DNA from: Candidatus Latescibacterota bacterium
GTDB taxonomy: Bacteria > Latescibacterota > CBDEFO01
NCBI GenBank assembly: GCA_965248755.1
Contig: OZ252149.1
Coordinates: 1,568,001 to 1,632,000, forward strand
Length of the DNA: 64,000 nucleotides
Direction: 5' to 3'
Shown: piece after piece, positions 28,697 to 39,508 of the stretch
Position numbering within the stretch: the first letter of the stretch is position 1
Layout: every line of letters starts with the position of its first letter
Position numbers and translations under genes: made by a program
Notes under the pieces: model-generated
Told to the model about the DNA's origin: nothing
Database searches by the model: none
The model's input: the letters and a program-made list of their open reading frames with translations, nothing else

Positions 28697-30151
28697 TCAG
28701 AGACAAACGTCAGCTATTAAGCCCTGTTCAGCCGCGTAGGCCACCCTTAAGATCGTATCCTCCTCAAATGGCCTCCCCAAGATCTGCAGGGCTATGGGCA
28801 ACCCATCTGACGAAGTGCCGCAAGGGATAGATATGGCTGGAATTCCAGCCATATTGACCGAAATAGTGTAGATATCCGAAAGATACAGTTCTAATGGGTC
28901 ATCGATCTTCTCTCCGATCTTAAAGGCGGGCGTCGGAGAGACAGGCGTAATCAGCAGATCGCACTCGGAAAGGGCATTTTCGATGTCTCTTTTTATTAGC
29001 GTCCTCACCTTTTGGGCCTTCAGATAGTAGGCATCGTAATATCCAGCGCTCAGGGCATAAGTGCCGAGCATTATCCTCCTTTTTACCTCTTCTCCGAAGC
29101 CCTGGCTCCTCGTCTTAATGTAAAGCTGGATCAGGTCATCTTCGCTGCCATCGGCCCGATAGCCGTACTTAACGCCGTCGTATCTTGCCAGATTCGCAGA
29201 AGCTTCAGCCGTAGCGATGATGTAATACGCCGCCACCGCATACTTTGTGTAAGGGAGGGACACATCTTTGATCTCTGCGCCCTCCTCCTTCAGAAGTTCT
29301 GCAGTTTCTAATATCGCATCCTTTACCTGTGGATCTAATCCCTCAGCGAAGTACTCCTTTGGAAGCCCTAACTTTATCCCCTCAACGCCGTTTTGAAGTC
29401 TCGAAAGATAGTCGGGAACTTGATTAGCAAAGGAGGTAGAATCCCGCTGGTCGTGGCCTGCTATCACATTTAAAAGGAGTGCCGCGTCCCTTACATCCTT
29501 CGTCATCGGACCTATCTGGTCCAGGGAACTTCCGTAGGCTATGAGTCCGTATCTGGATACCCTTCCGTATGTTGGCTTTAGGCCCACGATTCCGCAGAAG
29601 GCGGCGGGCTGTCTGATCGAACCCCCCGTGTCGGAGCCTACGCCCAAGATCGTCTCATTTGCAGCCACAGCGGCGGCCGACCCGCCGCTGGATCCTCCGG
29701 GGACGCAGTCGAGATCGTGAGGGTTCCTCGTAATTCCAAAATAAGAACTCTCGGTCGAAGAGCCCATTGCAAACTCGTCCATATTTGTCTTGCCTATGAT
29801 CACCGCATCGGCGGCCTTCAGTTTCTCGGATACTGTAGCATCGTACGGTGCGATGAAGTTCTCAAGGATCTTCGACCCGCACGTAGTCTTTGAACCTGAC
29901 ACACATATTACGTCTTTCACAGCGACAGGGATTCCCGCAAGTGCACCTAACTTTTCGCCCTTTTTTGCCTTCTCGTCTACCCTCTCTGCGCTCTGGATAG
30001 CCTCATTCTCTAAGACCGTGATGAAGGCGTTTACGTCCTTTTCTACCTCATCTATCCGCCTTAGGAGAGCTCCCACCACATCCCTGGACTTTATCTCATG
30101 GCTTATTATCCTGCCCACAAGTTCGTGAGCCTTCATCTCATTTAGATCCAA
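28697..30151 (-). CDS. gatA: Asp/Glu-tRNA amidotransferase subunit A
   Basis: [38 protein letters not shown]. Confidence 0.96.
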   Translation of the reverse strand: MDLNEMKAHELVGRIISHEIKSRDVVGALLRRIDEVEKDVNAFITVLENEAIQSAERVDEKAKKGEKLGALAGIPVAVKDVICVSGSKTTCGSKILENFIAPYDATVSEKLKAADAVIIGKTNMDEFAMGSSTESSYFGITRNPHDLDCVPGGSSGGSAAAVAANETILGVGSDTGGSIRQPAAFCGIVGLKPTYGRVSRYGLIAYGSSLDQIGPMTKDVRDAALLLNVIAGHDQRDSTSFANQVPDYLSRLQNGVEGIKLGLPKEYFAEGLDPQVKDAILETAELLKEEGAEIKDVSLPYTKYAVAAYYIIATAEASANLARYDGVKYGYRADGSEDDLIQLYIKTRSQGFGEEVKRRIMLGTYALSAGYYDAYYLKAQKVRTLIKRDIENALSECDLLITPVSPTPAFKIGEKIDDPLELYLSDIYTISVNMAGIPAISIPCGTSSDGLPIALQILGRPFEEDTILRVAYAAEQGLIADVCL

Positions 30152-30240
30152 AATCGCTCCCCAGCAAGTAGACAGAAAACAGTAGACAGCATACAGGGCA
30201 TCCCTGCCCCTCTCCGACTACTGTCTACGAAATTGCTTCC

Positions 30241-30341
30241 CCCCGATAGATTCAATCGGGGGCGCTCGCAATAACATCTGCTGAGACCTTTGGTAATTGC
30301 GAGGGGTGAAAACCCCGAATCCCCGATTGAATCTATCAGGG
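30241..30341. repeat. Two 21-bp palindromic repeats (30241-30261, 30321-30341) nested in ATTGCTTC...CTCGCAAT-type repeats
   Basis: One exact and one 1-mismatch copy, in opposite orientations. Confidence 0.8.
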
Positions 30342-30384
30342 ACTCAAGGGATGGGAGATGTGCCTCTGTCCACATTGTACTCGT

Positions 30385-30633
30385 TTACTCCTTCTTTTCT
30401 ACCTTGTTCCCTTCATCTTTTTGCGCTTCTTCTGAACGCTCGTTGGAGCTTTCCTGTGTGTCTTCAACGGCGCTCCTCACATCGATCTCCTTCTTAACAT
30501 CCTTGAGCGAATTTTGGAACTCTCTGATTCCCTTGCCCATACCGCGTGCTATCTCTGGGATCCTCTTTGCCCCGAAGACAAGGAGAATTACCAGGAAGAT
30601 TATTATGAGCTCCGTGGGTCCTAGTCCAAACAT
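30385..30633 (-). CDS. tatA: Twin-arginine translocase subunit TatA/E
   Basis: GPTELIIIFLVILLVFGAKRIPEIARGMGKGIREF. Confidence 0.95.
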   Translation of the reverse strand: MFGLGPTELIIIFLVILLVFGAKRIPEIARGMGKGIREFQNSLKDVKKEIDVRSAVEDTQESSNERSEEAQKDEGNKVEKKE

Positions 30634-30690
30634 GATATCCCACCTCCTTAAAACAGTTCTTTTTCAAGGACACTGCGGTTGCACTCTGAA

Positions 30691-30981
30691 TCAGTAAGAA
30701 TATTTATAATAATACCACGCTAACAAAAGGCCGGCTATGCTCGGCAGATTGAAGTGAAGCTCAAACCCAAAAGTAAAAGATAAAAGGATCAGAGGGATGC
30801 GAAGAGGACCGAACTCGTAATCGACCAGATGACTGACCAGAACCTGATACACAACGCGGTCTTGGGAAACGTCTGCAAGATCGAACACAAGGCCCAGTAT
30901 CATCCCCAACATATTGCCTATCAAAGATCCTACAAACAGGAAGACTATTAAGAGGCCGATTCCCTTATCCCTGCTCAGCAT
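30691..30981 (-). CDS. DUF4321-like small membrane protein
   Basis: Hydrophobic pattern GSLIG..LG and FTFGFELHFN; gene context. Confidence 0.6.
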   Translation of the reverse strand: MLSRDKGIGLLIVFLFVGSLIGNMLGMILGLVFDLADVSQDRVVYQVLVSHLVDYEFGPLRIPLILLSFTFGFELHFNLPSIAGLLLAWYYYKYSY

Positions 30982-31037
30982 CTACATTTCCTCATGGAGT
31001 GGTAGCACGGAGCGCACGGTGCACCACAATTTGACTG

Positions 31038-31760
31038 TCAGTTAGATATCTCCTCCGCCACCTCTCTGTCGGTGACAAGATGCACAGACCACTTTGCTAC
31101 ACCTGAAAGGACATACACCATAGCAAACGGGAAGAGCACCTCGTCGGCAAACGGAATCATCAAGATGCAAGCGACGATGACGTAGATCAGCTTAATGCTG
31201 TTCCCCAGCGAGCTGAAGCTGAACCTGGGAAAGATCTCATACTCGAAAGTGCTGACCATCAAAAGAGATAGGGCTAACAGTAATAATACTGCAATCTGGG
31301 TGCCTCTCAGACCTAGCCACACGTTGTTACTAAAGATTACATACGAGGCCAAAGTCAAAGCAGCAGGGGGAATCGGGAGCCCAGAAAACTGCTCCTTACC
31401 AGTGCCGATCAGACGGGAGTTGAACCTTGCGAGCCTTATCGTCCCGCACAGCAGGAATATAAACGCTATGCTCACACCCCACGGGCCGAGCATGTCCAGA
31501 CGGTAGTTGAATATTAAAAAGGCGGGTGCAATCCCAAAGGAGCAGACGTCAGCCAAAGAATCAAATTCCACGCCGAACTTGCTCGGCGAATCGATAAATC
31601 TTGCTACTTTCCCATCCAAAGTGTCCAAAAAGCCTGCCAGAACGATCAACCACGCGGCTGCCTCAAATCGACCGTCCACGCTGTAGGCAATGGATAGGAA
31701 GCCGCAGAAGATATTGCCTATCGTCAATAGACTCGGAACCGTATCTTTGGGATTGATCAT
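31038..31760 (-). CDS. pssA: CDP-diacylglycerol--serine O-phosphatidyltransferase
   Basis: DTLDGKVAR...FGVEFDSLAD, RLARFN. Confidence 0.93.
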   Translation of the reverse strand: MINPKDTVPSLLTIGNIFCGFLSIAYSVDGRFEAAAWLIVLAGFLDTLDGKVARFIDSPSKFGVEFDSLADVCSFGIAPAFLIFNYRLDMLGPWGVSIAFIFLLCGTIRLARFNSRLIGTGKEQFSGLPIPPAALTLASYVIFSNNVWLGLRGTQIAVLLLLALSLLMVSTFEYEIFPRFSFSSLGNSIKLIYVIVACILMIPFADEVLFPFAMVYVLSGVAKWSVHLVTDREVAEEISN

Positions 31761-31793
31761 CTTTGAAGTCCTTGCATAGAAAGACTCTCCTCT

Positions 31794-32414
31794 CTAGACT
31801 AAAGTGGCTATGACTGTCTCGCCACCTTTTACTCTATCTTTGACCTTAACCTGGATATTAGTATTCTCAGGCACGATAAGGTCAACGCGGGAGCCGAACT
31901 TTATGAGTCCGAATCTGTCACCTTTTTCTACATCGTCGTTTTCCTTTAAGTTGCACACGATCCTTCGGGCTAAGAGTCCGGCTATCTGTTTCACAAGGAG
32001 TTTTGTATCCCCCCTTTCTATTCCTACTACTGTCTGTTCATTTTCAAAGGATGCCCGGTTATTTGATGCTACGAGGAACCTCCCCGGACGGTGTTCAACA
32101 GAAGTTACCTTCCCCGAAAAGGGTATCCTGTTTATGTGAACGTCAAATGCAGATAAGAATACGCTTATCTGGTAACCTTCGGGTAGGCTTTTTATCTCTA
32201 CTACCTTGCCGTCGGCAGCAGATACTATAAGGCCCTCTCCCTGGGGAGGGCTTCTTTGCGGGTCTCTGAAAAAATATGCTATAAAGACGGGAATAGTAAG
32301 TGAACAAAGAGAAATCCACTTTAAGCCCGCTCCTCCAAAGAGGGCAAAGAGACCCCAGAATGCCCCGCTTATCAGGGCAGTGGCTGCTAAAAATGGGATA
32401 CCTTCTCTTGCCAT
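31794..32414 (-). CDS. psd: Phosphatidylserine decarboxylase proenzyme
   Basis: YFFRDP, DVHINR, QIAG, FGSRVD. Confidence 0.93.
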   Translation of the reverse strand: MAREGIPFLAATALISGAFWGLFALFGGAGLKWISLCSLTIPVFIAYFFRDPQRSPPQGEGLIVSAADGKVVEIKSLPEGYQISVFLSAFDVHINRIPFSGKVTSVEHRPGRFLVASNNRASFENEQTVVGIERGDTKLLVKQIAGLLARRIVCNLKENDDVEKGDRFGLIKFGSRVDLIVPENTNIQVKVKDRVKGGETVIATLV

Positions 32415-32442
32415 AATTTACGTCAGAGCGAAAATCAGATCC

Positions 32443-32503
32443 GTAGGGGTAGCTCCGCATGTGTGTCGTGAAAATTCGGGCGAAGACCTGGGTTCGTCCC
32501 TAC
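32443..32503. repeat. Degenerate GTAG REP doublet
   Basis: GTAGGGG...GTTCGTCCCTAC. Confidence 0.55.
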
Positions 32504-32654
32504 TGCCCTTGCCCTTCCTGCTCACTTGCTACCAGTTTCCTACGCTACTTTTCCCAATGACGGCTCATTTGCTATTGACGTCCTTGTCACTGAAGGGTGA
32601 TTCACTCCTAAACAATGTACCCTCTTACACTCCACTTTCTACGTCTTTGCCAGT

Positions 32655-33863
32655 CTACCTCCGATTGAATCTATCGGGCGGGATCAGCAGGGGCACCTGT
32701 CTACTTACTTCAAGCTCTTCCACCTTCAGTGTTGTCTCTATCTCTTCCCCCTGCCTTATCAACTTGATCTTATAGGCGTCCCCCACCGTAGCTTCCCAGA
32801 ATATCCCCTTTACACTGTTTACGTCTTTTATGAGTTTGCCGTTCACCTCGACTATGATGTCCCAGACCTTTATCCCAGCCTTATCTGAAGGTCCACTCTT
32901 CTCTACATCGGAGACTATTACACCCTCTGTGGACTTTAGATTTAAACTTTGAGCGATAAGTCGATTTAAGTCCTGAGGTGTAAATCCCACCCAGGTCGGT
33001 CTTATCCTGTCGTGAGTAATAACCTCATTGAGTGTCTTTTTGGCTCTGTTTATCGGAATGGCAAAGCCTATTCCGATAGATGTTGTGTTGGTGCGGCTCC
33101 CGGTAATTATGAACGTATTTATCCCTATGACCTCTCCGTCGCTATTTACAAGAGGACCGCCGCTGTTTCCAGGATTGATCGAAGCATCCGTCTGGATCAT
33201 ATCCCTGTAGATAGCCCTTCCGGAGTCTCTCTGGTCGAAATCCCTTCCGAGGGCGCTTATAACGCCCACGGACACGGACGGTTTAGATTCTTCAAAGAGT
33301 CCGAATGGGTTGCCGAGAGCAATGGCCCACTCGCCGATAAATGTCTCGTCAGAATCCCCGAGCCCTGCCGCTGGAAGGTCTTTTGCGTTCAGCTTTATGA
33401 CTGCTATATCCAGGCGTTCGTCTGTCCACACCTGCTTACTTGCATCCTCAATTTCAAAGTTCCTTCCATCGGGCAGGTTGACGACAATCTTATAGGCGTC
33501 TCTTACCACGTGCGTATTCGTGAGGACATAGCCCCTCTTGTCAGCTATGAAGCCCGAGCCAAAGTTTTTAAGCTGTTTTCTTATCCTCCTTGGGGGAATA
33601 AAAAATTCAAAAAGAGGGTCTCTGAAAATAAGGGGACTCCTCGTCACGTACTCCCTGATCTCAGTTACGCTTATGCTGACTACAGCAGGCTCGGTGGACT
33701 CAACGGCCCTGACAATGGCGTTTCTCCTTGAACTTTCAATATCCCCGTAAGGTGCCCGAGCGTAGGCTTGGCCTGGGAACAGGACGCTTACGATCGCACC
33801 TGCCATAAATACCGCCAAGAGTCCCAATGCCGAAAATCGCCACCTGATGGGGGCCTTGATCAC
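32655..33863 (-). CDS. HtrA/DegP-family serine protease with one PDZ domain
   Basis: TNTHVV, DIAVIK, NPGNSGGPL; probable GTG start overlapping the truA stop. Confidence 0.9.
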   Translation of the reverse strand: MIKAPIRWRFSALGLLAVFMAGAIVSVLFPGQAYARAPYGDIESSRRNAIVRAVESTEPAVVSISVTEIREYVTRSPLIFRDPLFEFFIPPRRIRKQLKNFGSGFIADKRGYVLTNTHVVRDAYKIVVNLPDGRNFEIEDASKQVWTDERLDIAVIKLNAKDLPAAGLGDSDETFIGEWAIALGNPFGLFEESKPSVSVGVISALGRDFDQRDSGRAIYRDMIQTDASINPGNSGGPLVNSDGEVIGINTFIITGSRTNTTSIGIGFAIPINRAKKTLNEVITHDRIRPTWVGFTPQDLNRLIAQSLNLKSTEGVIVSDVEKSGPSDKAGIKVWDIIVEVNGKLIKDVNSVKGIFWEATVGDAYKIKLIRQGEEIETTLKVEELEVSRQVPLLIPPDRFNRR

Positions 33864-34603
33864 TGATATTTCACCTCTATCAAGCAGAGTCCGCAGGCCG
33901 GAGCGGTGGGCCCCGCCACTGTCCTGTCCTTTGTCTTTAGGATCTCCTTTATTCTGCACGGGCACATTTTGCCCCTGCCTATCTCCACAATGGTACCGAC
34001 TATAGCTCTAACCATGTTGTGGAGAAAGCGATCCGCCTCTATCTGAAACGTAAGTTCCGATCCCTCCTTTCTCCATCGGGACGACGATACAGTGCATATT
34101 CTGTTCTCTACGTCAGTGGAAGACGAACAGAAAGACGAGAAATCGTGCGTTCCAATTAAAAGGCTCGAAGCCTCCTGCATCGACCCAAGATCCATATCCC
34201 TCTCCAAATACCAAGCGTAGAATCTTCCGATGGCTCTTTTTGGCTTCGATATTCTATAAACATAGACGCGACTTGTGGCGTCGAATCTGGCGTTGAAATT
34301 TCCTTCTACTTCGTAAGCACCGAGGACGACAATGTCATCGGGAAGCAGACTGTTGAGACCCCTCTGGATGCTCTCCACATCCAGCCCTGATCGCGTATGG
34401 AAATTTGCGACCTGTCCCCTGGCATGTACCCCAGCATCCGTCCGCCCTGCCCCGGTTAAAGATAGCTCCTCTCCGAGCAGAACGCATAGCTTTTTGACTA
34501 TCGTCCCCTGCACTGTCCTAGGGCCCGGCTGGATTTGCCATCCGTGAAAATTCGTCCCGTCGTATTCGAGCCTCAGGCGGATGTTGCGCGTATCCACACC
34601 CAA
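33860..34603 (-). CDS. truA: tRNA pseudouridine(38-40) synthase
   Basis: YDGTNFHGWQ, AGRTDAGVHA, FLHNMVR. Confidence 0.96.
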   Translation of the reverse strand: MGVDTRNIRLRLEYDGTNFHGWQIQPGPRTVQGTIVKKLCVLLGEELSLTGAGRTDAGVHARGQVANFHTRSGLDVESIQRGLNSLLPDDIVVLGAYEVEGNFNARFDATSRVYVYRISKPKRAIGRFYAWYLERDMDLGSMQEASSLLIGTHDFSSFCSSSTDVENRICTVSSSRWRKEGSELTFQIEADRFLHNMVRAIVGTIVEIGRGKMCPCRIKEILKTKDRTVAGPTAPACGLCLIEVKYQ

Positions 34604-34746
34604 GTGATAAAGAGATCTCCCAGTAGGTAGTAGACAGTAGTCAGTAGACAGGGGGTACTGCCTTCCATCCCTGTTTGCTATTTTTCAAGGGGGCAAGGGT
34701 CCCTGTATGCAGTCTACTGTTTGCTGTCTGCTTAAAAAGAGTTTCC

Positions 34747-35547
34747 TCAACCGTAAGTTATCGCAATTATTGACAAAAGCACCACAGTTCCCATTGCCAG
34801 TAAGTCGGAAGCCTTGAATCTCAGTTCCACAAGACTCGTCCTACCTTCGCCTCCTTTGTAGCATCGGGAATCCATCGCCAGGGCCAGCCGGTCCGCTCGC
34901 CTGAAGGCGGACAGAAAAAGAGGTATCAAGAGTGGGATCAGGCTCTTTATTCTCTTGACAAGTCCGCCCTCAAAGGACGCTCCCCTTGCAAGTTGAGCCT
35001 GTCTTATCCTGTGGGCCTCGTCCATTAAGGTCGGGATGAATCTGAGGGCGATGGAGGTCACGGCGGAAAGCTCGTAAGCCGGGACTCCGAATCTTTTAAA
35101 TGGGGTCAAGAGTCTCTCAAGACCGTCCGTCAACTCCATAGGAGAAGTAGTCAGAGTCAAAAGTGAAGCGGCTATTATCAGAGTCGAAAGCCGTACAGCC
35201 AAGAAAATCCCCTCCCTTAGGCCCTCCGCTGTCATGGCCACATCTATAAGCGGAACATTCCACAAAACAGCGCCCTGAGTCCGAAAAGCATGCAGAGCGA
35301 AGGTCAACATAAAGAGCCACATAAAGGGCCTTAAATTCCTTAGCACTAACCCATAAGGCAAATTAGAGAGCGCGGTGATCCCCAAAATGCAGAATAGAAG
35401 ACCTATTAGTCCCGGGAAACTATCTCCAATCAGAATGGCAGACATCAAAACCATGCACGCCCCGAACTTAGTCCGTGGATCCAACCTGTGAACAGTGGAA
35501 TCCACAGATACGTATCTACCCAGGGTTATGTCGTTCAAAAGAGACAT
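34747..35547 (-). CDS. ecfT: Energy-coupling factor transporter transmembrane component T
   Basis: HRLDPRTK, ALRFIP, AQLARG, AMDSRCY. Confidence 0.92.
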   Translation of the reverse strand: MSLLNDITLGRYVSVDSTVHRLDPRTKFGACMVLMSAILIGDSFPGLIGLLFCILGITALSNLPYGLVLRNLRPFMWLFMLTFALHAFRTQGAVLWNVPLIDVAMTAEGLREGIFLAVRLSTLIIAASLLTLTTSPMELTDGLERLLTPFKRFGVPAYELSAVTSIALRFIPTLMDEAHRIRQAQLARGASFEGGLVKRIKSLIPLLIPLFLSAFRRADRLALAMDSRCYKGGEGRTSLVELRFKASDLLAMGTVVLLSIIAITYG

Positions 35548-35778
35548 AGACTTATTGAAATCAGTAAACAGTAGGGTCAGACCCGTGTGTATGCTCTAAA
35601 CAGTAGACGAGGAGATTCAAGTAAGCACAAGAGATAATCCGATATCTGGTCTACTTTGAATATACTAAATCGGCTTAATTAATGCAATTGATTTTTATGA
35701 GCTAAAGCAAAAAGCCCGCAAGGCACAATCCTACGGACTCTTTGTATGTAGATGAAAAAGTAATAGACCAATAGCTAA

Positions 35779-36369
35779 CTACGAAGCATCTTCGAGATGT
35801 TTCAGGAGAGTTGAGACGTCAAAAGGAGTCGTTGTCGTGAGGTGTACGGCAAATCTCTGCTTCGGATCTTCTCTCCAGTTGAGGTCAAAATCAGAACCGG
35901 TATAGAGCGTCTTTAACAGATCTTCCAGGTCGGGCTTGATGTCGGAAAATGTCTCTTGAGTATTGGGCGCCAAGAGCCGATCGTTGATGGTAAAGAGGGC
36001 TTCATTCCCCTTAAACTTCAGCTTCCCCTCCAGCGTTGCCTCCTCCTCCAGGCGACAACACGCCTTGAGTGCCGATCGAAATGCAAAAAGGAGCTTTTCC
36101 CGATTGTTTCCATTTAGCGGTTGCTTGCGGTTGTACAAGAGGCCGAGGCGGTTGTCGGCGTTATCCATACTAAAGTCCGCTCTGTGGCCGATGAGAACCA
36201 CCCCGGGACCGGCATAAATGTGGCTATAATCGGCGATGTCCAGATAGATGACTTCATCCTCATCGTCGGTGTTTTGTATCCAGGAGGTAAAGATCCCGAT
36301 GAAATCCTTCAGGCGTACTGCTGAGGGATCCTCAGCGTAGAACTTAACATTGATCTTTTGCACGTCCAT
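35779..36369 (-). CDS. Conserved hypothetical protein downstream of the sulfite/nitrite reductase
   Basis: Long ORF with GAGGAG RBS; DIADYSH..GPGVVL, NDRLLAPN. Confidence 0.7.
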   Translation of the reverse strand: MDVQKINVKFYAEDPSAVRLKDFIGIFTSWIQNTDDEDEVIYLDIADYSHIYAGPGVVLIGHRADFSMDNADNRLGLLYNRKQPLNGNNREKLLFAFRSALKACCRLEEEATLEGKLKFKGNEALFTINDRLLAPNTQETFSDIKPDLEDLLKTLYTGSDFDLNWREDPKQRFAVHLTTTTPFDVSTLLKHLEDAS

Positions 36370-36390
36370 AAAAACCTGTAAACTCCTCTT

Positions 36391-36420
36391 GTAGGGGCAA
36401 ACATACAGGTTCGCCCCTAC
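36391..36420. repeat. GTAG REP hairpin
   Basis: GTAGGGGCAAAC...GTTCGCCCCTAC. Confidence 0.7.
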
Positions 36421-36447
36421 TGCCGTTCCCTGTCTACTGACTACAGT

Positions 36448-38712
36448 CTACTTGACTTTCATAGGGGTGACATTCATCTTACCGTAGCAACTGTACGCCG
36501 CTTCGATAAAGAGTTGCGCCTCTTCTATCCGGCGATGGGCTATATCCTGAGTGTACTCGACAGTTGGCCTTTCCTTAGCCTTGAAAAGGTAGTTTGCAAA
36601 TTTCCCCCGCGCATAAGTGTCATAGAATAACTCCGTATTGCAGAAGCGCTCTCGAAATTCACTGATGATCTCCTCTTCATCATCCGAGATGTCGACATTT
36701 TGGGTTTTGATGAGCGCTTGGGCTGCACGGAGCATAGAACTGTAGGCCATCTGGGTTGCCTTTTGGAACTCCCCGCTATCTAATTGTATCTGGGCTTCGA
36801 AGACTTCGCGATCTGAAGCAGATAGGCCGAACTCCACCACAGAGATCACTTCCCCTGCGCACTCTCCTACTCCCATATCCTTTATCGTAAATTCCCGCGG
36901 GTCGCCCCAATCGCTATAGTAGGAGCTGTCTATATCGTGAGGTGGAACCTGTGTCAGATCGTCCAATAGCTTCTTGACTTCGCTCTTGCCGATCCTGCGG
37001 ATAAAATCCTGGAAGCTTTCTCCGTTTGATCGGTCCTGCAGATACCGATCTGTGATTACGGTCACCACATCGGGTATTCGGCGGGAGGGAACAGCGCCTA
37101 CCGCCAGTCCGAACGATCCGGCGTTTTCCACCCACTGGCCTCCTAACACCACCTGGAAATGGGGCACAGTGTAGCCTTGGACCTTTCTGCTGACGCCGTA
37201 GAAGCCGATGTCGGAGATGTGGTGTTGACCGCACGCATTGAAGCAGCCGCTGATCTTGATCCGCAGATTTCTGATGGCTTCATCAAACTGAAAGCTCTTT
37301 TCTACAAGCCGATTTCGCAGTTCCCCAGCAAGACCTCGCGAAGAGGCAATTCCCAGTTTACACGTATCCGTCCCGGGGCAGGCTGTCACGTCCACAATCG
37401 TCCCTGCACCGGCATCTCCCAGACCGATCTTACGAAGCTCCGTATAAAGTTCCGGCAGGTCGGCTTCGCGCACCCAGCGCATCACGATATTCTGCTCCAC
37501 TGTAGTTCGTATAGTATCCTTAACGAAGCGCCGCGAAATGTCCGCCAGGGCTCGGAGCTGGTCAGAGGTAATATCGCCTAGGGGCAGAGTCACGGTTACT
37601 ACGACATATCCTTCCTGTTTTTGTGGATGAACGTTGGTTGCATACCACCGGTCGAACCCTTCAGGAGGCACAGCGCCGTTTAAGGGTTGTCCCTCCTTAA
37701 GGGGCGTTTCATCGTACGCATTGATGTCGGAAAGATATGCTGTCCATTCAGGCTCGGTCGGGAGCTTCTCCCGTTCCTCAAGTACGAGTTCCCGAAACTT
37801 GTCTATGCCCAAATTGGCGACCAGGAACTTGATTCTGGCGCGGGCCCGATTCTTCTTTTCGCCCATGCGAGCATAGACCCGGGAGATCGCCTGCGCCATC
37901 GGTAAAAGCTCTTCCTCCGGCAGAAATTCATCAAATAGTTTTGCCTGATGTGGAACGGCTCCCAGGCCGCCGCCCACGTAGAATTCAAAACCTCGCTTTT
38001 CTACTCCGTTCTCTTTACGCTTTACGGCGACAGCGCCCATATCGTGCATATTCACCAGACCGCAGGCGTGCTGCGTGCAGCCTGAGAACGCCACCTTGAA
38101 TTTGCGTCCAAAGTCCTGTGTATCCGGGTGGCCGAGCAGAAACTTGGAGCACGCCTTGGCGTAAGGAGTAATGTCAAAGGTCTCATCTGAACAGACCCCT
38201 GCCAGAGGGCAGGCGGTCACATTGCGAACGGCGTTGCCGCACGCCTCTCTGGTTGTGATGCCGACAGCGGCGAGCCGCCGCATAAGGGTCGGAGTGTCGT
38301 CAATATGGATGAAGTGATATTGGATATCCTGACGGGTGGTAATATGAGAGATTCCGTCGGAATACTCCTCTGCCAAATCGGCCAAAACGTCCATCTGCTC
38401 GGCTGTCACTCCACCAAAGGGGATCTTAATCCGCATCATCCCAGGGGCGTCCCACAACGTGTTAGGACCCTTTGTCAGTTCCTCAGAGGGAAACTTAATC
38501 TGCTGGGTCTTTACCCCATCATTACGCTGTCCATTGTCGTAGCGCTGACCATACACTCCGCGCCGAAGACGAGTCTCCGCAAAGACCTTCTCATCGATCT
38601 TGCCCTGCTTTCTCAACTGGATCTGAGTTTCGAAAATATCTATCTCCTCTCTCAGATCTGGCGGAATTCTGTCTGCAAGTTTCTCTTTCCAGCCGATATT
38701 AGCTTTGGTCAT
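36448..38712 (-). CDS. Ferredoxin-dependent nitrite/sulfite reductase (siroheme, 4Fe-4S) with C-terminal helical extension
   Basis: TTRQDIQ, CPGTDTC and SGCFNAC ligands. Confidence 0.9.
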   Translation of the reverse strand: MTKANIGWKEKLADRIPPDLREEIDIFETQIQLRKQGKIDEKVFAETRLRRGVYGQRYDNGQRNDGVKTQQIKFPSEELTKGPNTLWDAPGMMRIKIPFGGVTAEQMDVLADLAEEYSDGISHITTRQDIQYHFIHIDDTPTLMRRLAAVGITTREACGNAVRNVTACPLAGVCSDETFDITPYAKACSKFLLGHPDTQDFGRKFKVAFSGCTQHACGLVNMHDMGAVAVKRKENGVEKRGFEFYVGGGLGAVPHQAKLFDEFLPEEELLPMAQAISRVYARMGEKKNRARARIKFLVANLGIDKFRELVLEEREKLPTEPEWTAYLSDINAYDETPLKEGQPLNGAVPPEGFDRWYATNVHPQKQEGYVVVTVTLPLGDITSDQLRALADISRRFVKDTIRTTVEQNIVMRWVREADLPELYTELRKIGLGDAGAGTIVDVTACPGTDTCKLGIASSRGLAGELRNRLVEKSFQFDEAIRNLRIKISGCFNACGQHHISDIGFYGVSRKVQGYTVPHFQVVLGGQWVENAGSFGLAVGAVPSRRIPDVVTVITDRYLQDRSNGESFQDFIRRIGKSEVKKLLDDLTQVPPHDIDSSYYSDWGDPREFTIKDMGVGECAGEVISVVEFGLSASDREVFEAQIQLDSGEFQKATQMAYSSMLRAAQALIKTQNVDISDDEEEIISEFRERFCNTELFYDTYARGKFANYLFKAKERPTVEYTQDIAHRRIEEAQLFIEAAYSCYGKMNVTPMKVK

Positions 38713-38819
38713 GCGAATCACCTATCTATACTTGAAGTAGGCTGCTTTACCTACATTAATTGAAAAGTGCCACAGGTGTTTTGGCTGTTATATGTAACCT
38801 ATGTTTTAGGGATCGGCAA

Positions 38820-39224
38820 CTACGTTTGGACCCCGCTTCCGATCTCCGCAATCGCCTCGACTTCGACCAGCAGGTCAGGGTTTACGAGCGCCGGCGTTGC
38901 GACCGTGGAGCTGGCCGGGATATTGTTAGGGAAAGCCTCTGCGCGAGCCGCACCGTAGTCGGGGTACCTGCTGAAGTCGGTGATGAACGCCGTGAGCTTT
39001 ACCACGTCCTCCATGGTTGCTCCGGCCTCAGCGAGGACCGTTCGCATATTCTTGAACACCTGGCGCGCCTGTGCACCCATGTCATCCACACCGACCACGT
39101 TGCCGTCCGGGTCGAAAGCGATCTGTCCCGAGAGGTACACCGTGTTCCCCACCCGCATGCCCTGGGAAATCCGGAATGTTTTCGTCCAGGGCCATTCAGG
39201 GTTCACCTCGATTTGCTCTGGCAT
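38820..39224 (-). CDS. RidA/YjgF family protein
   Basis: VYLSGQ, PAS, LVEVEAIA. Confidence 0.9.
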   Translation of the reverse strand: MPEQIEVNPEWPWTKTFRISQGMRVGNTVYLSGQIAFDPDGNVVGVDDMGAQARQVFKNMRTVLAEAGATMEDVVKLTAFITDFSRYPDYGAARAEAFPNNIPASSTVATPALVNPDLLVEVEAIAEIGSGVQT

Positions 39225-39318
39225 CTTGCATCTCCTGATGTTTTCGTTGGCAGTTGGCTAATTACTTGGTAAACGCAAAAGCATTGGAATTCTTCAATTG
39301 TTGATACACTTAGTCAAC

Positions 39319-39347
39319 AATATAAGAAAAAAGGGACTCCTTGTCAA
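39319..39347 (-). promoter_or_regulatory. Sigma70 promoter of the RidA gene
   Basis: TTGACA-17-TATATT on the minus strand. Confidence 0.6.
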
Positions 39348-39429
39348 GATGAAATCCAAAATGGGCTGAAAAAATCCCGATACAGGGAGAAGCGCTGCCA
39401 CCCCGTATACTGTCTACGAGATTGCTTCT

Positions 39430-39450
39430 CTCCGATAGATTCAATCGGGG
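39430..39450. repeat. 21-bp palindromic dispersed repeat
   Basis: CTCCGATAGATTCAATCGGGG followed by a partial TCAATCGGGG duplicate. Confidence 0.75.
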
Positions 39451-39508
39451 GCTCAATCGGGGACAAGGGAAAGAAGGATGTGCCCCCTATCTACTATCTA
39501 ATTGCTTG

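Noticed and set aside
39380..39420. Cobalamin riboswitch-like GGGA...CTGCC motif
   Set aside because: Belongs to the heptamer repeat family; riboswitch core elements are not recognisable
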